From Mobula hypostoma (lineage: Eukaryota): a DNA stretch of 64,000 bases. Positions 1 to 11,300 of this stretch are shown one piece after another. The DNA is taken from NCBI RefSeq assembly GCF_963921235.1, contig NC_086100.1, positions 200,696,001 to 200,760,000 on the forward strand, given 5' to 3'. The notes beneath the pieces were generated by a model. It searched no databases, had not been told where the DNA came from, and saw only the letters and a program-made list of their open reading frames with translations. Numbering within the stretch: position 1 is the stretch's first letter; every line of letters starts with the position of its first letter. The translations under genes and the position numbers were made by a program.

Positions 1-3000
1 AGCCAGATGTTGTGGTCCATGTAGGGACCAATGACATGGGTAGGAAGAGCGAGGAGGTCCTGAAAGGTGAGTTCAGGAAGTCAGACGCCAAGTTAAAGGA
101 CAGGACCTCCAGGATAGCAATCTCAGGATTGCTACCAGTGCCACGTGCAGGCGGGTTTAGAAATAGTAAGATAGTGCAGATCAACACGTAGCTGCAAACA
201 TGGTGCAGGAGGGAGGGCTTCAGATTTATAGATAATTGGGCAGTTTTCCAGGGAAGGTGGGAGTGGGTCGGTTTACATCTGAACTGGAGGGGGACAAATA
301 TTCTTGCAGGTAGGTTTGCTAGAGAGGGTCCAGCGGATTTAAACGAGATACAAGCGGGGAGGGGAACCAGAGTGTAGGAACAGATGTAGGGGAGAAGTAA
401 GAAAAAGGAGATAGTAAAGTTGTTTGCACTGTCAGTAATATACAGAGAGTAAGAGGTGGAAAATTTCTTAAATGCATTTATTTTAATGCTATGAGCATTG
501 TAAGAAAGGTGGATGAGCTTAGAGCATGGTTTGATACCTGGAAGTATGATGGTGTAGCTGTTAGTGAAACATGGTTGCAAGAGGGGTGTGATTGGCAACT
601 AAATATTCCTGGATTTCGTTGCTTCAGGTGTGATAGAATCAGAGGAACGAAAGGGGGAGGTGTTGCATTGCTTGTCAGAGAAAATATCACAGCGGTGCTC
701 TGGTAGGATACATTAGAGGGCTCGTCTACGGAGGCTATTTGGGTGGAATTGAGGAATGGGAAAGGTGTAGTAACACTTATAGGGGTGTATTATAGACCAC
801 CTAATGGGGAGAGAGAATTTGAGGAGCAAATTTGTAAGGAGATAGCAGATATTTGTAGTAAGCACAAGGTTGTGATTGTGGGAGATTTTAATTTTCCACA
901 CATAGACTGGGAAGCCCATGCTGTAAAAGGGCTGGATGGTTTGGAATTTGTAAAATGTGTGCAAGATTGTTTTTGCAGCAACACATAGAGGCACTAACTG
1001 GAGAAGGGGCAGTGTTGGATCTCCTGTTAGGGAATGAGATAGGTCAGGTGATGGAGGTATGTGTTGGGGAGCACTTCAGGTCCAGTGATCACAATGCCAT
1101 TAGTTTCAATATCATTTTTATGGAGAAGGATAGGTCTGGACCCAGGGTTGAGATTTTTGATTGGAGAAAGTCTAACTTTGAGGAGATGCGAAAGGATTTA
1201 GAAGGAGTGGATTGGGACAAATTGTTTTATGGGAAGGATGTAATAGAGAAATGGAGGTCATTTAAAGGTGAAATTTTGAGGGTACAGAATCTCTATGTTC
1301 CTGTTAGTTTGAAAGGAAAGGTTAAAAATTTGAGAGAGCCATGCTTTTCAAGGGATATTGGAAACTTAGTTTGGAAAAAGAGAGATATCTACAATAAATA
1401 TAGGCAGCATGGAGTAAATGAGGTGCTCGAGGAATATAAAGAATGTTAAAAGAATCTTAAGAAAGAAATTAGAAAAGCTAAAAGAAGATGTGAGGTTGCT
1501 TTGGCAAGTAAGGTGAAAATAAATCTGGAGGGTTTCTACAGTTATATTAATAGCAAAAGGATAGTGAGGGATAAAATTGGTCCCTTAGACAATCAGAGTG
1601 GACAGCTATATGTGCAATCAAAAGAGATGGGGGAGATTTTGAACTATTTCTTTTCTTCGGTATTCACTAAGGAGAAGGATATTGAATTGTGTAAGGTAAG
1701 GGAAACAGGTAGGGAAGTTATGGAAACAATGATGATTAAAGAAGAGGAAGTATTGGCGCTTTTAAGGAATATAAAAGTGGATAAGTCTCCGGGTCCTGAC
1801 GGGATATTCCCTGGGACCTTGATGAAGTTAGTGTAGAAATAGCAGGGGCTCTGACAGAAATATTTCAAAAGTCATTAGAAACGGGGATGGTGCTGGAGGA
1901 TTGGCGTATTCCTCATGTTCTTCCATTGTTTAAAAAGGGTTCTAAGAGTAAACCTAGCAATTATTGGCCTAACAATAGGAATTCTGCAGATGCTGGAAAT
2001 TCAAGCAACATACATCAAAGTTGCTGGTGAACGCAGCAGGCCAAGCAGCATCTGTAGGAAGAGGTGCAGTCGACGTTTCAATTATTGGCCTGTAAGTTTG
2101 ACGACAGTGGTGGGTAAATTAATGGAAAGTATTTTTAGAGATGGTATATATAATTATCTGGATAGCCAGGGTCTGATTAGGAACAGTCGACATGGATTTG
2201 TGCATGGAAGGTTACATTTGACAAATCTTATTGAATTTTTTGAAGAGGTTACTAGGAAAGTTGACGAGGGTAAAGTGGTGGATGTTGCCTATATGGACTT
2301 CAGTGAGACATTTGACAAGGTTCCACATGGAAGGTTAGTTAGGAAGGTTAAACCATTAGGTATTAATATTGAAGTAGTAAAATGGATTCAACAGTGGCTG
2401 GATGGGAGACGCTAGAGAGTAGTGGAGGATAACTGTTTGTCAGGTTGGAGGCCGGTGACTAGTGGTGTGCCTCAGGGATCTGTACTGGGTCCAATGTTGT
2501 TTGTCATATACATTAATGATCTGGATGATAGGATGGGAAATTGGATTAGTAAGTATGCAAATGATACTAAGATAGGTGGCGGTGTGGATAATGAAGTAGG
2601 TTTTCAAAGCCTGCAGAGAGATTTAGGCCAGTTAGAAGAGTGGGCTGAAAGATGGCAGATGGAGTTTAATGCTGATAAGTGTGAAGTGTTACATTTTGGT
2701 AGGACGAATCAAAATAGGACATACATGGTAAATGGTAGGGCATTGAAGAATGTAGCAGAACAGAGGGATCTAGGAATAATGGTGCATAGTTCCCTAAAGG
2801 TGGAATCTCATGTGGATAGGGTGGTGATGAAAGGTTTTGGTATGCTGGCCCTTATAAATCAGAGCATTGAGTATATGAGTTGTGATGTAATGTTAAAAGT
2901 GTACAAGGCATTGGTAAGGCCAAATTTGGAGTATTGTGTACAGTTCTGATCACCAAATTATAGGAAAGATGTCAACAAAATAGAGAGAGTACAGAGAAGA

Positions 3001-3470
3001 TTTACGAGAATGTTACATGGGTTTCAGCACCTAAGTTACAGAGAAAGGTTGAATAAGTTGGGTCTTTATTCTTTGGAGCATAGAAGGTTGAGGGGGGACT
3101 TGATAGAGGTATTTAAAATTATGAGGGGGATAGATAGAGTTGACGTTCATAGGCTTTTTCCATTGAGAGTGGGGGATATTCAAACAAGAGGACATGAGTT
3201 GAGAGTTAGCAGGCAAAAGTTTAGGGGTAACATGAGGGGAACTTCTTTACTTAGAGAGTGGTAGCTGTGTGGAACGAGCTTCCAGTAGAGTGGTTGAGGC
3301 AGGCTCGATATTGTCATTTACAGTAAAATTGGACAGCAATATGGACAGGAAAGGAATGAAGGGTTATGGGCTGAGTGCAGGTTGGTGGGACTAGGTGAGA
3401 GTAAGCATTCAGCACAGACTAGAAGGGCCGAGATGGTCTGTTTCCACGCTGTAATTGTTATATGGTTATA
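1..3470 (+). mobile_element. CR1 LINE, decayed (ORF1 esterase C-terminus, ORF2 APE endonuclease + RT, 3' tail); 5' end outside window
   Basis: Fragmented ORFs carry APE motifs (VAVSETWL, YRPP, IVGDFNFP) and RT motifs ([30 protein letters not shown]). The 3' end is gctgtaattgttatatggttata. Many stops and frameshifts. Confidence 0.93.
1971..2078 (-). mobile_element. Short Penelope-like terminal fragment inserted in CR1
   Basis: Flanked by a 13-bp direct repeat caattattggcct (1958-1970, 2079-2091). Reverse-complement similarity to the Penelope 3' terminal sequence at 14800-14905. Confidence 0.8.
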
Positions 3471-4090
3471 AACGCTCAGCATTATCTCCTAGATTTTGCA
3501 TTTTATTCCCCTTGAAATAAATGCCAACATTGCATTTGCCTTCTTTACCACAGACTCAACCTGTAAATTAACCTTCTGGGAGTCTTGCACGAGGACTCCC
3601 AAGTCCCTCTGTACCCCTGATGTTTAAACCTTCTCCCCATTTAGATAATAGTCTGCACTATTGTTCTTTTTACCAAAATGCATTATCATACATTTCCTAA
3701 CACTGAATTCCATCTCCCACTTTTTTTGCCCATCCTTCCAATTTGTCCAAGACCTGCTGCAATCGCATTGCTTCCTCAGCACTACCTAACCCTCCACCTA
3801 TCTTCCTATTATCCGCAAACTTTGCCACAAAGTCATCAATTCCATTTTCTAGATAAAAGTTGCTGGTGAACGCAGCAGGCCAGGCAGCATCTCTAGGAAG
3901 AGGTACAGTCGATGTTTTGGGCCGAGACAAAGGGTCTCAGCCCGAAAGATCAACTGTACCTCTTCCTAGAGATGCTGCCTGGCCTGCTGCGTTCACCAGC
4001 AACTTTTATGTGTGTTGCTTGAAATTCCAGCATCTACAGATTTCCTCGTGTTTGCGAATTCCATTATCTAGATCATTGACAAACAATGTG
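3471..4090 (-). mobile_element. CR1 RT fragment hosting a Penelope insertion
   Basis: Minus-strand remnants read DDFVAKFADNRKIGG and LDKLEGWAK. Confidence 0.8.
3855..4056. mobile_element. Penelope-like terminal insertion with inverted duplication
   Basis: Inverted arms at about 3853-3928 and 3933-4009. Flanked by a 17-bp TSD with one mismatch, aattccatt(t/a)tctagat (3838-3854, 4057-4073). Confidence 0.8.
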
Positions 4091-4408
4091 GCCCAGGTGA
4101 CGTATCCATCTGAAGACCTTAGAGTTTGTATAACACTTTTTCACAGTGCATTGAGGGAGATCAATGTAAAACAATAACTGAATGCAGAACACATATTTGA
4201 TCGGATTTCCGGCATCTGCAGATTTTCACTTGTTGGTAACTGAATGCAGAATAGTAAGTGTAACAGCTACAGAGAAAGTGCATTGTAGGTAAATAAAGGG
4301 CAAGATTGTAACGAGGTAGATTTAATTCCAGTCTACCCATTCAGCATTCCAGACTTGAGCGCAGTTACAGAGTCACAGTGATATCTGGGCCCAGAACAAC
4401 AAAGAGTC

Positions 4409-4634
4409 ATTTCCACAGGAACAAGTTCTGAAACGTTGACCTTTTGTGAACACAGCAAGGTCACAGCAGTCTGAGGGAGATCCTAAATAAATATTACTCA
4501 TTGGTATAGATCAGAGAGGGTGCAGACAGTGGAAATTTATTGGAAGGGTACTCTGATATTCTGGAGTATGTCTGTATTTCCACAGGAACAAGTTCTGAAA
4601 CGTTGACCTTTTGTGAACACAGCAAGGTCACAGC
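4409..4634. repeat. 59-bp exact direct repeat (4409-4467 and 4576-4634)
   Basis: atttccacaggaacaagttctgaaacgttgaccttttgtgaacacagcaaggtcacagc occurs twice. Confidence 0.9.
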
Positions 4635-5269
4635 CGCCAGTTGTATCTCCAGCCGTGAATCATTAGATAATGTGAATGTAAAAATTCCAACTGGTTCCAA
4701 GTGACGGGAATCTTGCTCACTCCCTGTTTCTGGCCCCTCTCTCACATACTGAATCTCGGACACATCTCCTTTAAACTCTACCACCACCCCACTTGAATGT
4801 ACATCTTCTAGGATTGGACTGTTGTCTTTTGTCTCACATTTAGCTTGACATTTCTATAGCTTTCTGATCACAGAGTGAACTTCACTGGTGAACCCTATTC
4901 CCAGTTAAACACAATACATAATACAACATACCAGATGATGACTGCCCAATAACTGTTGTCTTTATTGATCAGGATTTGTTCAAGGAGTAATTACACAGTT
5001 CAAACATTAACTATTTAGTTACACATCTCTTTAGTTTACTTTCACAACTCCCAAAACCCAGCGCCCCTGTTCAGGTGTTCCCTACCCCAGATGAGCCTGG
5101 CCAGGGTTCACCGTGAGTTCTTCTCCGAGTCCCTGGATCAGGGTCTTCTTCACTGGTTGTCTCCGGAGTCAGTGCTGTCGGTGATCTTGTCCGGCACCTT
5201 TTTATACATTTCTTCCCAAAGCTCCCAGACATTCACATTTATTTATCAGATCTATATTGAGCATCTTTG

Positions 5270-5590
5270 TAAAAGACTTTTCCTCAGGGTGAAATGGCGA
5301 ATATGAGGGGCATAACTTTAAAGTGTTGGGAGGAAAGTACAGGAGAGATGTCAGATGCAAGTTATTTTTACACAGAGAGTGGTGGGTGTGTGGAACACAC
5401 TCCTGGGGTGGTGGTAGAGGCAGACACATTGGGGACATTTAATAGTCTCTTAGACAGTCACATGGGTGATAGGACAATGGAGGGCTATGTGAGAGGGAGG
5501 GGTTAGATTGATCTTGGAGTTGTTTAAAGTGTTGGCACAATCTCATGGGGAAAAGGCCTGTACTGTGACACATTGTTCCATGTTCCATTG
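5270..5590 (+). mobile_element. CR1 3' fragment
   Basis: Contains the CR1 C-terminal and 3' UTR pattern (ttttacacagagagtggtgggtg...ggcctgtactgtg) shared with other copies in the window. Confidence 0.75.
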
Positions 5591-6099
5591 TTGGAGTTCC
5601 TGTTTGTTGGGATGTTCCAGGATTTCCCAGAGTTGGGATGGGCCCAGCTGATTGGAAAACTACAAATGTAAGGATCCCATTTCAGAAAGGACGGAGGTAG
5701 AAAGCAGGAAACTCGGTGTCTTGATTTCTGTCACTGGGAAAATGCTGAACACACACTGAAGGAACGATGACAAGGTATTTAGAAAATCTCACACGGTCAA
5801 ACAGAGTCAGTGACAATGAAAGAACTGCAGAGGCTGGAAATCTGGAAATGCTCAGCAGGTCAGGCAGCATCTGAAGGAGGAGAAACAGTGTGTGGGCAGA
5901 GTGCTTTATTCAATGTGCTGAAGGGAATGAGCTGCCTGCTGAAACTACTCAGTGATGTCTGCTGGGAACACACGGGTCTGCAGCGACTGGAATCTGGGAT
6001 GAAAAATGAGCTGCTGGAACTCAGTGGGTCAGGTCACCAGACCACAGACTCTCTGAACTCCTCCAGAGTGGAGGCAGAGAGAAAACAGTGAGCTACCAA

Positions 6100-7630
6100 A
6101 CTGTTAGCCTGTCACTGGCATTCGGAGAAATGGTGGAATCTATAACGAAGGATGTGATTTCAAGGTCGTTGAAAATATTATGAGTGAGTCAAGACAGCCT
6201 GGATTAATGAAATGGAAGACACATTTGACTGGTCTTTCAGAGGTCTTTGGGGGAGTATCGAGTGAAGTCATTCGGGGGAACTAGTAGATGTGATGTATTT
6301 GGATTTTCAGAAGGTTATTGAGAAGGTCTCTCACTGGAGATTGGAGAACAAGTTTAGAGCACATGGAGTTGGGAAGAGAAGACAAGAGCACTTGGAACTG
6401 GGAGAGATTTCCAGCATGGACTGAACATTGGTTAATGCAGAGAAAGGAAATGGTAGGAAGGAATGGGTCCTTCTCACATGACTGGTCTGTGATCCGTGGG
6501 GTGTTTCAGACAGGGATCAGTGCTTAGGCCCCAGTTATTCACAGTCAGTTATTTGTTTGAGGAGACCAAAAGTAACATTTCCAAGTTTGCTGAAATGGGG
6601 AAGTGAGTAGAGATGAGGGGTAAAGAGGTTGCAAGAGGATAAAGACAATAAGTGAGAGGGCAACAGCAGGGCAGATGGAGCCAGTGTAGAAAATGGGGAG
6701 AGAAACAGAAACACTGACCATTGTTTAAATAGTGAGGGACTGGGGAATGTTCAAGTTCACAGGGACCTGGGTGACCTTGTACACCGGTCACTGGCAGCCA
6801 ACATGCACAGACTGCAGGCAGGTAAGATGGAAACATTGGCCTTTAATGCAAGGGGATTTGAGGAATGGTGACTCACTGTGACTATAGGGAGTCTCGGTGT
6901 GACTGCACCCAGGGTACTGGGGAAAGGGTTAGTGTTCTTGTCTATAAAAAATGTACCCAGCACAGGGGGAGAGCATCAAAGCTTCACCGGATCGGTTCCT
7001 GGGACGGCAGCTCTGACACATGAGAAGAGACTGAGTCGGCTGGCCACTGACTCCTGGCAGTTTGGAAGAATGAGGCAGGACCTGGGGGATGTAAAATCCT
7101 GAGGGGCTTCATAGGGTAGAGACAAGGAGGATGGTCTCTGTGACGGAGGGGTCCAGAGTGAGAGGGCAGACTAAGGGGGAGGCCATCAGGGACTGAAGTG
7201 AGGATAGACATCTTCACTGGGGATGATGAATCATTGGAGTTCTCCACCCTGGAGCTGTAGAGAGAGGCTCAGGGACTGGCTGGGCTCAACACAAGATCAA
7301 CAGATTTCTGGGAATGAGAGGGATCAGGGATATCGGGATAGGGGTGGTAATTATGTTGATGTAGAACAAAGGGACATGGAAATAGAGAGCCATCATTGAA
7401 AGTGGCTTCACAGGTAGATAAGGTCATAAAGAGAGTGTTTGGTGCATTGTCCTTCATAAACCAGGGCACTGAGTACAGGAGTTGGGATTTGGAAGTTGGA
7501 CAACACTTTGGAGAGGCTAATTTTGAGTATTGTGTGCAGTTCTGGTCATCTCCCCACAGGAAAGATATTAATAAGCTTGAAAGAGAGCAGAGACAATTTA
7601 CAAGGATGTTGCTGTGACTTGAGGACCTGA
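6100..7630 (+). mobile_element. Old, highly decayed CR1 ORF2 fragments
   Basis: Remnants include ttggattttcagaagg, KVASQVDKVIKRVFGALSFI and EYCVQFWSSPHRKD. Confidence 0.7.
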
Positions 7631-7846
7631 GTTATGGGGAAAGGGTGGGTAGGTGAGGATGTTATTGACCATGAGGGCAGGACCATGAACGTAGGAATGA
7701 AACATTCCTTCTGCTCTGCTGATCCTTTTGATGATTTGTGATTGGATTTGGATTTGGACACACTGTGATTTACTCTGTCCAATCCTTCCGAGACAGAGAG
7801 TTTCCCTTTGTCTGTCTCTCACTGAGTAACGCCATTTAAAGGGACA

Positions 7847-8353
7847 TTACCAAGACTGAATGGTCATATTATACGTCTTGTTCATTTCTTCCCTCACCAC
7901 ATCCCAGTCAATGTTCCAGCTTCCATCGATCTCTGCAGGCTTTGCTCTGTATTCATCAGCAAACTGCTGATTGAAAGTGTAGAAAACCTTCTTCCAATAG
8001 GATGCTGCCTGTGCAGAAATTTCCCGTTGGATAATCCAGGATTTGTAGTAATCATTGACTGTTTGGTAATCCTTGTAGGGATGCCATTCCAAATTTGTGT
8101 CTTTATTTCGGAAACTTGCATCACTTGCGACTGAAGCTGTGCAGATATCCATTACAAGACATTCACTGCCTGCCCATCGATAACTGTTGAGCCCTTCAGG
8201 TCTGTGCTGTTTACAGGAGTGTTGTGAGTGTACCGGGGTCTCTGAGTCACAGAAAACCCCACAGAAAGGACATTGCTTTGTACAATTGAATAACCCTTTG
8301 AACAACTCCTCCCTGGGTTTCATGGATAATTCTTCAATCCTTTGCTTTGACAT
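7847..8353 (-). CDS. VLIG/URGCP C-terminal Cys/His-rich region, out of frame with the main ORF (frameshift near 8340)
   Basis: Reads KPREELF...CTKQCPFCGVFC...HSCKQHRPEGL...WHPYKDY...ASYWK, the expected VLIG C-terminus. Removing one base from AAAGCAAAGGATTGA joins it to the main ORF. Confidence 0.8.
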   Translation of the reverse strand: MSKQRIEELSMKPREELFKGLFNCTKQCPFCGVFCDSETPVHSQHSCKQHRPEGLNSYRWAGSECLVMDICTASVASDASFRNKDTNLEWHPYKDYQTVNDYYKSWIIQREISAQAASYWKKVFYTFNQQFADEYRAKPAEIDGSWNIDWDVVREEMNKTYNMTIQSW

Positions 8354-11300
8354 TCCAGCCTTTTACCTCACTGAGGAGATCCTGCTCCACCTGTTCAATA
8401 CATGGCAGAATGGCTTCTGCACATTTCTTGCCATCTCTGCCACCCTGAAACAAAACGAGTTTCATCTCATCTTTGGGCATCGAGATTCTTGTGTTTAACT
8501 TTTCAACAAACGTGTTTAGGAAGCTCTGAGCATTTCCAGCAAAGTTCTGCTTCACTGCATCCTGAACAATGTTCTTAGCTTGCCCAGTGATCTCTGTGAG
8601 GATTTCTTTAGCCAGACGGGTAAATGTGCTCTCTCCATCGCGTTCTGTCTTGCAGTGTTTAATAACTTGCTGATGGAGCCAGTCTTTGGTGAAATTCTCA
8701 AAGTCTCTGATGTACTGGAGATATTTATCAAATTGATGTGTTTGTTTCAGTTGGACCAGGAGGGCCACAGTGAAGCTGTTGCGGAGACTGTACCTTGGCT
8801 CAGGGTCGTGTTTTTTCATATCATCCACGATTTTCACACTGAGACTCTTGAGGGTGGCGTCTCGAAGAGCTGGCAAGAAACAAGATCGTGCAAATCGATC
8901 TGCTTGCCTCTGGTTCTCATCCTGCTCTGTGTAAATATCCATAAAGAGATCAAAGTATTGACTTTCCATGTTTTCCAGTCTTCTCCGTGGGTCGTGTTTG
9001 TGGATGAACCTCCTGTGCATCTCCTGGAATCTTGATGCAGCATAACCACACAGGTGAAGTTTAAACTCGGCCTTGAAAACCTCAGACATTGACAAGTGTT
9101 GATGTGAGATATTGTCAACTTTTTCCTCTATCATGTTCAAAAGTTCAATGCAATGTTTACTGTCATAATCCTTGTCCATTTCTGTGATGTCAGTGATCCA
9201 ATGTCTGCATTCATCCTCGATGAGCTTTGTAATCATTGCTGCTTCATCGGGATCTGATTTAAATCTGGATGGAAAGAGTTTACCTACACCCTGTCTCCAA
9301 TATGACACGTTGATGTGTTTCTCTTCAATCTGAAAGTTCTGGATCCCCAGTTTACAGAATTTTTCACGTTTCAGACTTTCATTAATGACTCTCCCTTGAG
9401 TTTTTGTTGCCTTTCTGAGAAGATTTTCAATGTCCACTTCAATGTGTCTTTCTCTACAGGGCTGATACTCCAGCTGAGAGAGTGTATCTTTCCACATCCT
9501 TTGAATTTCAGTTTGCAATTCCTGTTGACCCAACACCCGATTTGCTGCTTTACACTTCTGTAAAAGCTCCTTGACTTGTTCTCCAATCTTCTTGTGAAAG
9601 TTATTCCAAATATTATCCACTCCCTGCAGTCCCACCTGTCTATTCACGGCATCTCTACATCTCTGCATTGAATCGTGCTGAAGTCGGCTGCATAAACTGG
9701 AGATACTGAGCTTAAATTCCTCTCTGTATTTCTCCATCAGATGCACGTTATCAGCCCCACTTTCATACAGAGCTTGTAGTTTATCCAGAGTGTCACCCTC
9801 CCTTTTGTTCATCTCTGTCCTGATCTCCCTCTCCAGATTATGGAGCAGTTCAGTGAGATCTCCTTTGACATTGCTGATTCTGTTTTCAGCCCCATTTCCC
9901 CAGGAGTGAGTGAATTTGTGGAGTTCCCACTCCCAGTCCTTGTACTTCACGGACAGGTGGTTGTAAGCCTCTGCGAACAGACTGTTCTGGAAGCTGAAAA
10001 TTAAATTTTCGTGTTTCACCTGCTCCCAAAGCCCAGCCATCCATTTGATAAAGTCCGGGATAGTGAAAGCTCCTTGGGATTTTCTCTGTTGGAGTAGACA
10101 CTGAATTAGGTTCTTCTTCAGTTGGGAGACGTGTTCACTGTAGCCGGTGTTGACTGCAGCCATTGGGGGTGTACCATGCCACAGACCAGGGATGTACCAG
10201 TTGTCCTTGTCAGCATCATAGTCCATCACATCACGGAACGTTACTCGGTCTACCTTCTCCAGCTTTGCTGCAGCCTCTGTCATCTTATCCAGCTGTTCCA
10301 GGAGTTTCTGACGGCCTCTCAGATTCTGATCGTGTGCACTCACATCGCCGACGTTCTGGTGCACAAATATACACTTTGGCCCTTTTCCTGTCTCCTTCAT
10401 GCGGATGAAGGAATGGACAACAATCTGTAAAGTATCTTTCATCTCTGACAGATTTTCCATCCCAATGTTTACCAATGTTAAGTTGCTTAATCCAACCACG
10501 AACGTTGCCAGCTCATTGTCGTGCTCGTAGCTGTCTGTCAGAGTTGCGAGTTCTGGGGCTCTCAGCCCCTCTGTGTCAATGACCAGAATGAACTCACAGC
10601 CCAGCTCCTTGGCCAGGCTCCCTGTGATTTTGATCAACTGCATGTAGGCCCCTCGAGTACATCGGCCGCTGCTCACAGCGAACCGCAAACAGAACATTGT
10701 GTTGAGGAGTGTGGACTTGCCCGTGCTCTGAACTCCAATCACCATCAGCACAAACACTCGGCAAGCTCTTCCCACTTTGTTGGCCACTTCTGTGAGAACG
10801 GCAGTGATCCATGGAATGGGAACGTTGGAAACATCTCCATCGATGAGTTCCAATGGGAACCCTTCCAGCAACAGTTCAGCAGCAACACCTGGGAACTGCA
10901 ACACCTTTGGGTGGATCTGTGTCCTTCGGGTGACTTTGTGTCCTGTCACTGAAAGTTCATAAATCTGGCCAAGATCCCTCATGAAATGCTCGAGTCCCAG
11001 GGAACTATCAGACATCTTCTGATCCAACTCCTTCAGTTCCTTCTCCTTCTGCTTTGAGTCTTTGCACAGTTCTTTATAAATTCTACGCAATCCTGCCATA
11101 ATTTCCCATGATTTACTGTCCAGCTCCAGCTTCAGCCACTGTAGGGAAATGGCTCTGTCAACCCCACCATGACGGGTGAGGTGTTCAACGAACAGCCGCA
11201 TCTCTTCCGACAGACTCTGTCTGAGCTGAGATTCCCGGATTCTGTTCTTCTCCCGGTCCAGTTCCTGGTTATACACTTCTGTGGTTCTGTCCCCACGGTG

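Noticed and set aside
8320..8360. Programmed ribosomal frameshift in VLIG
   Set aside because: No recognisable slippery site or stimulatory structure. Mutation or sequencing error is simpler.
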